From contig JBGPIA010000018.1 of NCBI GenBank assembly GCA_041484665.1, positions 32,545-96,544 of the forward strand: DNA of 64,000 nt. Direction: 5' to 3'. This document shows positions 28,085 to 38,274 of this stretch, in pieces. Position numbers and translations under genes: made by a program. Origin of the DNA: Candidatus Krumholzibacteriia bacterium (GTDB lineage Bacteria; Krumholzibacteriota; Krumholzibacteriia; JAJRXK01). The notes under the pieces were generated by a model that saw only the letters and a list, made by a program, of their open reading frames with translations, did no database searches and had not been told where the DNA came from. The first letter of the stretch is position 1; each line of letters starts with the position of its first letter.

Positions 28085-29975
28085 TGGGCGCTGGGGGTCC
28101 TGCTGTACGAGCTGCTGGCGGGGCGGCGTCCGTTCACGCTGGCGGGTCGTTCCCGCAGCGAGATCGATCGCATCGTCCAGCATGAGGAGGCTGTTCTGCC
28201 CAGCGCGGTTGCTTGTACGCCGGAGGTCGCGCGCGTGCTGCGCGGCGACCTCGACCGTATCGTGCAGAAGGCGCTCCGCAAGGAGCCCGAACGCCGCTAC
28301 GGCTCGGCGGACGACCTGGCGGAGGACGTCGACCGCTGGTTGGGGGGCCTGCCGGTGCACGCGACGCCCGACTCATTCCGGTACCGTTTGCACAAGTTCG
28401 TGCGCCGTAATCGTGCGGACCTGGCGGTCGCGGCAACTCTGTCGGTGTTGATCGTGGCATTCGCTGCAACGTCTGCATGGCAGGCGCGCCGCGTCGCGCA
28501 CGAGCGCGACAACGCAGTGGCTGAGCGCCAGGACGCGGAGGCCGCCATTGCCATGCTCGTGGACGTGTTCCGTGTCGCCGACCCGCAGACGACCCCCGGT
28601 GGCGATACGCTTCGTGTCAAGGATCTGGTGCGGATCGCCGAATCCAGGATCGAGTCGACGCGCGACCATCCCCGCATCGAGGCCAAGCTCTGGCAGACGA
28701 TGGCAGCGATCCGCGGTGCGCGCAGCCACTACGACGAGCAGCGCCATGCTCTGGATCGTGCGCTCGCCGATGCCGAGCGAGCGGGACTGACCGACGAGCT
28801 GCTGAGCCTCTCGCACGAGCGGGGAAGGCTCCTCTTGAGGCTGGACGGGCCACGCGCGGTGGAGCCGCTGTTCCGCGAATCGCTGGCGCGCCACGAGGCC
28901 CGATTTCGACCCAACGTCGCGGACGTTGCCATCGCGTGCCAGGACCTCTCGATCGTCGTTGAGGACGAGGCAGAACGCGAGCGTCTGCTCGAACGGGCGC
29001 TGCAGATTCGCCGCTCTCTAATGGCCGGCGGTGCGGACGCCGACTCGGTGGGATTCGCAGGGCTGCTCAACGCGCTGGGCTCGTTCCATTGGGCCCGGGG
29101 CGAGTGGAGTGCCGCGCAGGCCAACTTTGCAGAGGGCCTGGCAATCCTGGGAAGGCCGCTTCCGCGGGACCACCCCAACGTCCTCTCCATGCGCTCCAAC
29201 CTGGCGGTCTCGCTCCAGGTGACGGGAAGATTTGCCGAGGCGGAGCGGATGCACCGCGCTCTCCTCGAATCGCGCCGGCGCATTCTGGGAGAGGATTCGG
29301 AATCGGTCGCGGGAAGCCTGATGAACATCGGCGTGTCCCTCGTGAACGAGGGGCCACTCGACGAGGGGGTGGAGTCGCTGCGGAAGTCCTTCGCCCTGGC
29401 CCAGAAGATCTATGGTCCCCAGCACACCGAGACGCTGGCGATTGGCCGGGATCTAGGGCTCGCGCTGGTGCGCTCGGGCCGCGCGCAGGAGGGCCTTGCG
29501 CTCCTGGATCGCGCCCGCGACGCTGCGGCGGCAGGAGGGTCCGACCTCCGCGTCCGTGGCGGACGAGGACGTCAGCCGTGCCGGCGCCGAGCTCGCGATC
29601 GGGCGCCACGTGTCCCTCGATTCATTGCGGACGTACGTGGCCCACATCCGCACGCGGAGTCCCGACAAATCCGCGCAACTCGCGCATGCCCTCTCCGTCC
29701 TTTAGGTGGCCGCGCTGGCGTCCCCCCAGGAGGCCCAAGCCGCCGAGGCCGAGGACACCCTCAGCGAGGCCGTCCAACTCCTGCGCAAGTCGGAGACCAA
29801 CCAGCATCCCAATTCTGCATTCGTCCGCTGCGCGCTGCACGTCGCGCGGGGGGCCGCGCGACAGCCGATCGATCGCGCGGAGCTGGCGGAAGTGCTGCAT
29901 GCGTGTGAAGGCTGGGGGCTGGCGGACCCCTCCATCGTACGCCGCGCACGGGAGCTGCTGACCGCCGCCCGCTGA
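28085..29975 (+). pseudogene. Ser/Thr kinase-TM-TPR protein: 5' truncated, frameshift near 29540, TAG at 29703
   Basis: WALGVLLYELLAGRRPF...LRGDLD.IV.KAL.KEPERRY.SA..LA.D, a TM helix, then TPR repeats (DHP...SNLA, AE...R.ALE). N-lobe, HRD and DFG are absent. Confidence 0.85.
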
Positions 29976-29989
29976 ATTCCGCCCGCTGA

Positions 29990-30052
29990 ATGTCCGCGGG
30001 CCCGGGATGTCCGGTGGCCCGGGATGTCCGCGGGCCCGGGATGTCCGCTGGC
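29990..30052. repeat. 17-bp tandem repeat, about 3.7 copies
   Basis: ATGTCCG(CG/GT)GGCCCGGG units. Confidence 0.85.
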
Positions 30053-30162
30053 GCGCCTGTTCGTCGCCATTGTCCTGCGGAGCCGAGCCACGACGACGAC
30101 CTGGAACCGGGCCCGTGGTGTCCACCGGGCTGAGCTTCGCGCCCGCGGGTGGCGCCCAGCGC

Positions 30163-33100
30163 CTACGGCTTCGGCTCGCGCAGCTGGATCCCCGCGCTCT
30201 GCAGCTGGTGCTCGAGCGTGGCGAGCCGGCGGCGCTCGAACTCCCGCCAGCGGGCCTGCGCGCGGCCGAGCCGTCCCTGCGCGTCGGCCAGCAGGCTGCG
30301 CTGCGGCGCGGTGGGCGCGACGTCCGCGCGCTCGAGTTGGGTGGCGAGCGAGGTGAGATCGCCCGCGATCGTCGCGGGCGTTTCGCCGTTGGGTCCACGC
30401 GCAGCGTCGAGGGCGGTGCGGGCGCTCTCGATCGATCGGCGTAGCCCCTTCGCTCGGGGATCCGCCGTGAGCGCGCTCAGCCGCTCACGGAGCGAGTCCT
30501 GGCTCTGCGCGAGCGGAACTGCGCGGGCGAGCGTCTCTCCCAGCTCGGTCTGGAAAGCGAGCAGGGCGGACAGATCATCCGTGGAAACGGTGGCGCGCGG
30601 ATCCATCGCTACGTCCAGCGTCCGCGAGACCGTGCGGGATCCAACCGTCAGCCGCAGCTCGTAGCGGCCCGGCAGCACGAATGCGCCTTGAGGCAGCGTT
30701 GGCGTCGGGCGTCCCGGAACGGCGGCGATCGAGTACTCGGACCGCAGCGTCGGCGGCTCCGGATACCGCAGATCCCATACGAAGCGGTGGTGGCCAGCAC
30801 CCGCTCGCAGCGACGGTGGATCACCCAGCCACAGGTCGGCGAAGTAGACCTCCGCTTTGGCCCGCGCGGGCTTCTCGTTGCTGGAGATGCGGCGGACGAG
30901 TCTGCCGCCGGAATCGACGATCTCGAGCACGACGGGCGGCGCGGTCTCGGCGCTTGCCGCCCCCACGGCACCGCCGGCACTCCTGGCTTCTCCGGCGGCG
31001 CCAGCCGCTGGCGCGCCGGCGCTGCCGAGCACGTAGTCGATGATCGCTCCCACCGGCGGATTCTCGCCGCGCGGCTCCTCGGGGGGCAACGGCGTGTCCC
31101 GGTTCTGGTTCGGGCGAAGCCTGTACGCGATCGGGGGCGGCACGAGGAGGATTCCGGCCCCGAGCTCCTCCGCTGCGAAGTGGCGCAAGGGCTCGATGGC
31201 ATCGAGCACCCAGATCGCTCGTCCCTGCGTTGCCGCGATCAGGTCGCCGTGGTGGACCAGCAGGTCATTGATGCCGGTAGTCGGCAGGTTCAACTGCAGG
31301 CTCTGCCAGTGGTCGCCATCATCGAAGGAGACGTGAACGCCGCGGCTCGTGCCAGCGAACAGTAGGCCCGCCCGTTGCGGGTCCTGGCGCACGACGCCGA
31401 CCCAGCCGCCGCCGGGCAAACCGTGGCCGATCTCGGCCCAGGTCTTCCCGCAGTCGTGCGTGCGCCAGGCGAGCGGCCGTGCGTCGTCGAGACGATTGCG
31501 ATCGGCGGCGACGTAGGCGGTCGCTGGGTCGCTTTGCGATGGGTCGATGGTGTTGACCTTGGTCCAGTCGGCGAGGTCGGGAGGCGTCACGTTCGTCCAC
31601 GATACGCCGTCGTCGCGGGTGACCTGCACGCGCCCGTTGTCGGTGCCCACCCACACCAGACCATCGGCCGCGGCGGACGGCGAGATGGCGAAGATCGTCC
31701 CCCATCCGCAGGCGGTGGCGCGCTCGACCGCAACGTCCCCCTCGCAGCGACGCGCGCCCTCCACGGCTCCAGTCAGATCCGGGCTCACGGTCTGCCAGCT
31801 CTGGCCGCCGTCGAGGGAGCGGAAGAGCACCTGGGCGCCCAGATAGATCGCGTGCGACGGACGCTTGGAGATCGCCAGCGGCGTGATCCAGTCGTAGCGG
31901 TAGCGGGCGGTGCCCGGCCGAGCAGCGTAGCTCGATACCGGCCACGGCGAGACGTCCTGCGTCTGGCCGGTGCGCGCGTTCCACTTCGACAGCTGTCCGC
32001 CCAGGCCCGCGCCGTACACGACATCCGGGTCGACGGGGTCGGGCACGTCGCCGTCGCGCTCCTCTCCGCCCACCGGGTGCCAATCGCGAAACGTGATCTG
32101 GCCATAGTCGCTACGGGACGCGATGGCCATCGTGCCGCTGTCCTGCTGCCCACCGTAGATCCAATACGGGAAGCGATCGTCGGCAGCCAGCCGGTAGAAT
32201 TGCCCCGTGGGTTGGTTGTACCAGCTGCTCCACGTGCGGCCGCCGTTGAGCGTCAGGACCGCGCCCTGGTCGGAGCCCGTGATCATCCGGTCCCGATCGG
32301 TCGGGTCGATCCACAGGAAGTGGTAATCGTCGCCTCCGGGAGAGCTGCGCACGTACGCGAAGCTCGCTCCGCCGTCGGTCGAGCGGCGCAGCCCCCGTCC
32401 CACCACCCAGACGACGTCGCGGTCGCGCGGATCGGGCGTGATCCCGCACGTGTAGCTCGACCCCAGGCTCGCGTCGGTGTTGACCCGGGTCCAGGAGCTC
32501 CCGCCATCGTCGGTCCGGTACAGGCCGCCGACCTCCGGCGCGTCGATGGCTGCCCACACCCGCCGCGCTTGCGTTGCGGGTGCCACCGCGAGCTCGATGC
32601 GTCCCAAGGGTCGCTGCGGCAGGCCGTCGCCCGCGACCGCCGACCAGGAGCGCCCGCCGTCGTTGGACTTGTAGATTCCACTGCCCGGCCCGATGGGTGG
32701 CTGGAAGTAGTCGAGCCACGGGTGCCGGCGGACCTGCCAGAGCGATGCGTACAGCACATCAGGAAACGCCGGATCACCGGTGACGTCTGCAGCACCGGTG
32801 TCGGCGTCGCGGTACAGCACGCTCGACCAGCTACGGCCCGCGTCCTCAGTGCGCAAGAGACCGCGCTCGTCGTTGGGCCCGAACACGTGACCGAGAGCGG
32901 CCACGATCGCGATGTCTGCGTTGCGGGGGTCGACCCAGATGGCTCCAATGTGCCGGGTGTCGGCGAGGCCCACGTGCGCCCAGGTCCCGCCGCCGTCGGT
33001 CGAGCGGTAGACACCGTCCCCTGAGACGATGTCCCATCGCTGGTGGATCTGACCGGTGCCCACCCAGATCACGCGCGGGTCGGACGGGGCCAGCGCCAGG

Positions 33101-33399
33101 GCACCGATCGAGGCGCTGCCCTGGCGATCGAACAGAGGCTGCCAGGTGACGCCCGCATCTCGCGTCCTCCAGACGCCGCCGTCCGCTGCGCCGAGGTAGA
33201 AGATGCGCGGGTCGCCGGGCACGCCGGCCGTGACCGTGGCCCAACCGGCCCGGAATGGACCCACGAGCCGCCAGCGCAGGTCGCCGTACGCCGATTCCGG
33301 CACCGCGGCGGCGGACGCATCTTGCGGCGTGACCGCAATGACCAGCGTGGCCAGCGCCCAGGCCATGACGATCGGGAGAGCAGTGCTTCGCAGCGACAC
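30163..33399 (-). CDS. Secreted BNR/VPS10 (sortilin-like) repeat glycosyl-hydrolase-like protein
   Basis: LRWRLVGPFRAG, several SxDGGxTW Asp-boxes, QPTGQFY, YGGQQDSG, ATQGRAIWVLD. Confidence 0.9.
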   Translation of the reverse strand: MSLRSTALPIVMAWALATLVIAVTPQDASAAAVPESAYGDLRWRLVGPFRAGWATVTAGVPGDPRIFYLGAADGGVWRTRDAGVTWQPLFDRQGSASIGALALAPSDPRVIWVGTGQIHQRWDIVSGDGVYRSTDGGGTWAHVGLADTRHIGAIWVDPRNADIAIVAALGHVFGPNDERGLLRTEDAGRSWSSVLYRDADTGAADVTGDPAFPDVLYASLWQVRRHPWLDYFQPPIGPGSGIYKSNDGGRSWSAVAGDGLPQRPLGRIELAVAPATQARRVWAAIDAPEVGGLYRTDDGGSSWTRVNTDASLGSSYTCGITPDPRDRDVVWVVGRGLRRSTDGGASFAYVRSSPGGDDYHFLWIDPTDRDRMITGSDQGAVLTLNGGRTWSSWYNQPTGQFYRLAADDRFPYWIYGGQQDSGTMAIASRSDYGQITFRDWHPVGGEERDGDVPDPVDPDVVYGAGLGGQLSKWNARTGQTQDVSPWPVSSYAARPGTARYRYDWITPLAISKRPSHAIYLGAQVLFRSLDGGQSWQTVSPDLTGAVEGARRCEGDVAVERATACGWGTIFAISPSAAADGLVWVGTDNGRVQVTRDDGVSWTNVTPPDLADWTKVNTIDPSQSDPATAYVAADRNRLDDARPLAWRTHDCGKTWAEIGHGLPGGGWVGVVRQDPQRAGLLFAGTSRGVHVSFDDGDHWQSLQLNLPTTGINDLLVHHGDLIAATQGRAIWVLDAIEPLRHFAAEELGAGILLVPPPIAYRLRPNQNRDTPLPPEEPRGENPPVGAIIDYVLGSAGAPAAGAAGEARSAGGAVGAASAETAPPVVLEIVDSGGRLVRRISSNEKPARAKAEVYFADLWLGDPPSLRAGAGHHRFVWDLRYPEPPTLRSEYSIAAVPGRPTPTLPQGAFVLPGRYELRLTVGSRTVSRTLDVAMDPRATVSTDDLSALLAFQTELGETLARAVPLAQSQDSLRERLSALTADPRAKGLRRSIESARTALDAARGPNGETPATIAGDLTSLATQLERADVAPTAPQRSLLADAQGRLGRAQARWREFERRRLATLEHQLQSAGIQLREPKP

Positions 33400-33575
33400 C
33401 GGGGTAGTTCGCAGACGCTTGGGGGAGCGCGCAGCTTAGGGCCGCGTGTGGCGCGCGTCAACGCGAAGAGGTAGTCTTCGCTCCGCGAGCGCAACGCAGG
33501 CCGGCCTCGACGCCGCGCACGCACCCGTCCGATCGGTTCAGAATCGAAAGAGAGCGCCGTCAGCTTGGGGGGCCC

Positions 33576-34499
33576 ATGAGGAAGATCGTGCGCATGAGCG
33601 TCACCGCGCAGAGCCTGCTGGCGCTCGCCTGCTGCTGCGCCGCCGTGTCAGCTAGGGCGGCCACGCAGACACCGTCCGCCGCGAGCACCCCTTCCAAGGC
33701 GACCGTTCCAACGTTCTATCAGGAGATCTCGTGGTCTCCCGACGGCAAACGGCTGGCCGTCACGGCGCACCGAGGCGGGCGCCAGTCGGTGTATCTCAGC
33801 GCGCTCGCGAGATCGGGCATGACGAAGCTGACCGCTGACACGACCGGCGACGACGGATGGACCTCCTGGTCCCCGGACGGCACAAGGATCGCCTTCAATT
33901 CAACGCGGGATGGCAACGGCGAGATCTACGTCATCCGCCCCGACGGCACCGCAGAGACGCGGCTCACCACGCATCCCGCCCGCGACTGGGCGCCGTCCTG
34001 GTCGCCCGATGGCTCCCGGATCGCATTCACCTCGAACCGGAACTCCCGGGGACAGATCTTCGTCATGAACGCGGACGGGTCGGGCCAGAAGGCGATCACC
34101 GACAGCGCGCTGGTCGCCTCCACCCCGGTCTGGTCGCCGCACGGGTCGCGCATCGTGTTCTACGCGAAGCGCCACGGACGCAAGGATGACGTCTATACGA
34201 TCAGTGCCGATGGATCGGACCGCGAGCGCCTGACCAGTGATGGCTCCTCCAACATCTATCCCGGATGGTCCGCCGATGGATCGCGGATCATCTTCTCGTC
34301 GGATCGCACCGGCGACCAGAGCATCTTCACCATGGCCGCGGACGGGTCGGGTCCGGCGAAGCTGGGTCCGGCCGGGTTCTTCGCCCGGTGGTCGCCCGAC
34401 GGTTCGGGGATCGCGGTGATCCGGGGAGGCTGGCCAGCCTCCGAGGTCGTGCTCGTCAAACCGGACGGATCGGGCGGGAGGCGCCTGCTCGGTCAGTGA
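33576..34499 (+). CDS. TolB-like PD40 beta-propeller protein
   Basis: Signal peptide and six WSPDG.RIAF-type repeats. Confidence 0.9.
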   Translation: MRKIVRMSVTAQSLLALACCCAAVSARAATQTPSAASTPSKATVPTFYQEISWSPDGKRLAVTAHRGGRQSVYLSALARSGMTKLTADTTGDDGWTSWSPDGTRIAFNSTRDGNGEIYVIRPDGTAETRLTTHPARDWAPSWSPDGSRIAFTSNRNSRGQIFVMNADGSGQKAITDSALVASTPVWSPHGSRIVFYAKRHGRKDDVYTISADGSDRERLTSDGSSNIYPGWSADGSRIIFSSDRTGDQSIFTMAADGSGPAKLGPAGFFARWSPDGSGIAVIRGGWPASEVVLVKPDGSGGRRLLGQ

Positions 34500-34584
34500 T
34501 CCAGACCGCGGCGAGCGGCGCCAGATTCCGGGTGGTGCCGGTCACCGCCACGCCCACGGGCTCCGTTTGCCGGCAGGAGCCTCC

Positions 34585-36000
34585 TCACCTGCGCATCCGG
34601 GCACGGCGCGCGTACGCCGCCGCGCCCGCCAGCGCGGCCAGCACCAACAACGCGGCGACCACGTGACGCTTGCGCAGGCGTGGCGGCGGGGGCTGTGCCT
34701 CGCGGGGGCGCGGCTGCGCGCGCTGGGTGTCCGCGAAGTCTGCGACCGCTGGCGCGCAGGCCAGGGCGAACGCGCGGGCCAGGCGCAGGTGCTCCGCGAC
34801 GGCTTCGCCCGGCTGCCAGACCGCATCGAGCGCGTCGAACGCCTGCGGCAGCGCTTCCGCCGGCAGCACGTCCTCGTGCAGCAGCTGCCGCGCGTCGTCC
34901 ACGGCCTGCCGCGCCGGAGCCGGGAGCGGGGACGGCGCGGCCTGCTCGGCGAGCAGCAGATGACGATCCGCCGTCATCCAGGACATGGTCACGCGCGCCA
35001 ACGCCTGGCTGCAGATGGCGCTCACGTCCTGAGCAGTGCGCCAGTAGTGCCCGCGCTTGCGTGAATCGATCCTCACGCGGCCGTCGCGGCGCAGCGCGAT
35101 GCGGCACGGCATCAGCTGCACGGGCGCTCCGGGCAGGCTCAGCGCGAGGGCGCACGCGTCGTCCAGGTTGGGGATGTAGGGCGCGTTGGGGTCGAGTCCC
35201 TGCCCGTAGAGCATGTAGAGCTCCTGCAGGGCGCGCACCAATGGCGTTGGCATCGCCCAGTAGCGGGCGCGCTCCTCGTAGGTCAGGTACGGCCGCTTTG
35301 CCCCGGCGCCGAGCATGTAGACCACCACGCCCGATGAGAGCAGCGCGCGCGCGGCGGCAGGGTCCAGCTCGATGGTGCGCGTACCCTCGTCGGGGCTGCC
35401 GCCCGTGAACGCCACGTACCGCACGCCGCGTACGAACTCGTCGCGCTTCCCCTCGCGCTTGGCCAACTCGAGAGCGGCCGCGAAGTTGGTGGCGGGGCCC
35501 GTGATCAGGATGGCGATCCGACCGGGCTGCCGCAGCACCTGGTCGACCAGGAACCGCGGCGCGGGCTCGGTTGCGGGCGGCAGCCCCGTGAAGGGCTCCC
35601 CCCACCCGGCCAATGCCGAGAGATCGTCGTGCGGGTTGGGCGGCGCAAGACCCAGGCACACCGGTACCTCGGGGCGCCCGGCGAGCCAGAGGATGCGGCG
35701 CGCGACGCGCGAGCGTAGCTCGTTGTGCTGGCCGGCGATGGTGATCCCGACCAGCTCCACGTCGGTGCTGTTGGCCGCCATCATGACCAGCACGCAGTCG
35801 TCGTAGCCCGCGCCGATGTCGCAATCGATGATGATCGGTCCCGGCTGTCCGGCCGGGGCCGCAGTTGCCGCCGGGGCGAAGGCCACCGCAGCCAGAGCGG
35901 CGGCCGCCGCGACGCCGATGCCCTTGCCGCTGCGCTCGTGGCACAGCGCCGCGCCGGCCGCGAACGCGAGCATACCGGCGGCAACGGTGCTACAGCGCAT
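34585..36000 (-). CDS. Nucleoside-hydrolase-like protein with N-terminal export signal and C-terminal TM anchor
   Basis: IIIDCDIGAGYDD...VELVGIT, ITGPATNFA, DPAAARALL. C-terminus VVAALLVLAALAGAAAYARRARMRR. Confidence 0.7.
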   Translation of the reverse strand: MRCSTVAAGMLAFAAGAALCHERSGKGIGVAAAAALAAVAFAPAATAAPAGQPGPIIIDCDIGAGYDDCVLVMMAANSTDVELVGITIAGQHNELRSRVARRILWLAGRPEVPVCLGLAPPNPHDDLSALAGWGEPFTGLPPATEPAPRFLVDQVLRQPGRIAILITGPATNFAAALELAKREGKRDEFVRGVRYVAFTGGSPDEGTRTIELDPAAARALLSSGVVVYMLGAGAKRPYLTYEERARYWAMPTPLVRALQELYMLYGQGLDPNAPYIPNLDDACALALSLPGAPVQLMPCRIALRRDGRVRIDSRKRGHYWRTAQDVSAICSQALARVTMSWMTADRHLLLAEQAAPSPLPAPARQAVDDARQLLHEDVLPAEALPQAFDALDAVWQPGEAVAEHLRLARAFALACAPAVADFADTQRAQPRPREAQPPPPRLRKRHVVAALLVLAALAGAAAYARRARMRR

Positions 36001-36035
36001 GGCGGCCTCTCGTGCAACGGATGCCGCGCGCCGCG

Positions 36036-37424
36036 TCACGCGCAGGGCGCCTCAGGCGGGCGGCGCTCCATCAGATAGAGGCGGCGGGTCGATCCAGGAA
36101 GCGCCACGGCCTCCCGCAGGTCGTAACGTCGCGCGAACGCGCGCTCGAACCCGTCGCGCGTATAGCCGGGGAACACGTCGGCGCGCGTGGCGAGCAGCCG
36201 CTGCACCTGCGGGTCGTCCTTGGGCACGAACTCCATGATGAGCCAGCGTCCCGCGTCGGCCATGAACTCCGTGACGCGCTCGAGGGGAACGTTGTTGCTG
36301 ATGGCCAGGTGGTGGAGCAGCGCCAGCGCCAGCACCAGGTCGGCGGGACCGCGCTCCAGGAGCGCCGTGCGCTCCCGATGGTGCCAGCCCAGGCCCGGGC
36401 TCGGATTGGCCAGATCCAGCACCAGCGGCAGCACCTGCGTCTCCTTCTGCCGCACCACCTCGCGGTAGTTCTTCTCCACCGCCGCGGGGTCCACGTCGAA
36501 GGAGATCACCTCCGCGCCCTGGCGCGCGGCGATCCGGCTGAACGCGCCGGTGTTGGCACCCAGGTCCCACACCGTCGCCGGCCGCACGCGGGCGAGCATG
36601 TCCTCCACCACGCGCTGCTTCTGCTGCAGGGCTGCCGGCGCGTAGCTCTCCTCCTTGGAGTAATCGCCCCACTCGGTTCCTGCCGGCTGCCAGCGCAACC
36701 CGGCCACCGCCCCGCGCAGGTTGTCCAGCAGGCCCAGCAATGCCGTCCTGCTCATGGCGCGGCCTGCCAAACGGACCGGCTTGCCGGCGTAGCGCTGCTG
36801 GCTGCGGGCGTGCAGGTGGACGTGCGTCGCCAACGCGAAGCTCAGGCGGGTGCGCCACGGCAGCAGCCGAGCCGCCAGGTCCAGCGGAATGCCGTCGATG
36901 TGTACGCGCAGCAGCTGTCCAAGGCGGACGTCGCGCCTGCTCATCAGCGCCAGCGGCGCCAGGAAGTGGGTGCAGAACTGCCGGTAGGCCACCCAGGGCC
37001 TAGCTTGCGGCGCTCGCTCGAAGGAGAGCGTGTCCAGGAGCACCGGGCGTCCGCGCGCGAATTGGATGTTGTAGGCGCTGGCGTCCTTGAGCGACATGCC
37101 GCGATCGAGCGCCATGCGCTGGATCGCGAGCGTGGCCAGCGCTGCGTCCCGCAGCTGGCTGAAGCACCACTCGTAGGGGTACGAGATGAACGGCACCCGC
37201 TGCGGAACGAGGACCTTGTACGCCACCGCGGGATCCTCGGGCGCCACGTCGGTCTCTCGGTGCGCAACGAGCAGGCCGGCCTCCGCCAGGTCGGCGTAGA
37301 GGCCACAAGACATCAGGTGGTCGTAGTCGGCCCGGTAGACCTGGTTGACCTGGCGGTAGACCACCCCGTCCCGGGCGAACACGAACCCGCTGGGATCGCG
37401 GAAAGAAGCGGGAAGTTGGCCCAC
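36036..37424 (-). CDS. NoeA-like class I SAM methyltransferase
   Basis: SFRDPSGFVF, ISYPYEWCFSQLRDAA, LKDASAYNIQF, WDLGANTG.FS, LALLHHL, EFVPKDDPQV. Confidence 0.88.
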   Translation of the reverse strand: MGQLPASFRDPSGFVFARDGVVYRQVNQVYRADYDHLMSCGLYADLAEAGLLVAHRETDVAPEDPAVAYKVLVPQRVPFISYPYEWCFSQLRDAALATLAIQRMALDRGMSLKDASAYNIQFARGRPVLLDTLSFERAPQARPWVAYRQFCTHFLAPLALMSRRDVRLGQLLRVHIDGIPLDLAARLLPWRTRLSFALATHVHLHARSQQRYAGKPVRLAGRAMSRTALLGLLDNLRGAVAGLRWQPAGTEWGDYSKEESYAPAALQQKQRVVEDMLARVRPATVWDLGANTGAFSRIAARQGAEVISFDVDPAAVEKNYREVVRQKETQVLPLVLDLANPSPGLGWHHRERTALLERGPADLVLALALLHHLAISNNVPLERVTEFMADAGRWLIMEFVPKDDPQVQRLLATRADVFPGYTRDGFERAFARRYDLREAVALPGSTRRLYLMERRPPEAPCA

Positions 37425-37652
37425 CTACTCTCCCGGGCCGGTGGGTCGACGCCCGTTTGATCGCCGGAAGACCGCAACGATGCGGGCCCAGAAGGTCTTC
37501 ACGGTGAAAAGCGCGCCCAGCAGCCCGGCAACGATCAGCTGCAGGACGTAACTCCCCGTCCCCGGGTCGAGATAGGCCCAGGCATTGGTGGGGGTCAGGA
37601 GCGCGAGGGACGCGAGGAGAAGCAACAGCTTGGACTTGGAGCCAGACCTCAT
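37425..37652 (-). CDS. Small exported/membrane protein with AYLDPGTGS motif
   Basis: Signal peptide, then YLDPGTGS, a hydrophobic helix and a basic tail. Its stop abuts the methyltransferase start. Confidence 0.8.
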   Translation of the reverse strand: MRSGSKSKLLLLLASLALLTPTNAWAYLDPGTGSYVLQLIVAGLLGALFTVKTFWARIVAVFRRSNGRRPTGPGE

Positions 37653-38095
37653 GCGAACTCCGTCGTGGGCCGGAGGTGACGTTGGTTCGGTCGCTGGTCG
37701 TCGCTACGAGGGGCTACGTGTCGGTCAACGGTTCGGTTGTCGCCAGAACGGCTGGGGGTCGGTGAACCGGTCGTCCGTCGCGATGCGGGCGGGGGGTCGG
37801 TCAACGAGCCGATCGCCAGTAGAGGATTTGATCGGTGCATCGGGGGTCGGAGTATCGGCACGGTCGCTGGGGGCGGCCGGTATCAGAGAAGCGCCCAGGC
37901 CCCGTCCCGCCGGTCCCTGGACACGAGGCAGCCCATTGACAAGGGGCGGTCCGATGGGCCATTTTTGATCCTAGCACAGTCAGGGCCGCGGCGGGAACCT
38001 TCCGTCGCGGGGCTGACCGGGTTCTGGCGGCCCGGGAAGCTTGGCAGGTTGGGTCCTGCCCCTCAGGTTGGGCACGCCTGGAAGGAGGTGATCCA

Positions 38096-38143
38096 GTGGG
38101 TTTATCTGATTTCTACGGTCTGGTGGAGGTGACGTACCCCTAG
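38096..38143 (+). CDS. Candidate 15-aa peptide MGLSDFYGLVEVTYP
   Basis: GTG start directly after AAGGAGGTGATCCA; TAG at 38141-38143. Confidence 0.4.
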   Translation: MGLSDFYGLVEVTYP

Positions 38144-38233
38144 AGGGGCTTCCTTCCAAGCGTGCTCGTGGCGCTCGACAAGGGTTGACCCGCTGAAGAG
38201 GGGTGACCCAACGCCACCAGAGACCGACCGTAT

Positions 38234-38274
38234 GGGCCCTGATCCCCACCGTGGGGTCAGGGCCCTCTGTTTTT
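38234..38274 (+). terminator. Intrinsic terminator
   Basis: GGGCCCTGATCCCCAC-C-GTGGGGTCAGGGCCC followed by TCTGTTTT. Confidence 0.8.

Noticed and set aside
29990..30052. CRISPR array (also considered at 40991, 49998 and 63771)
   Set aside because: The repeats are contiguous or have only two copies, there are no unique ~30-bp spacers, and no cas genes are present.
38082..38096. 16S rRNA fragment on the minus strand
   Set aside because: The match is limited to 15 nt and the flanks do not continue as rRNA.
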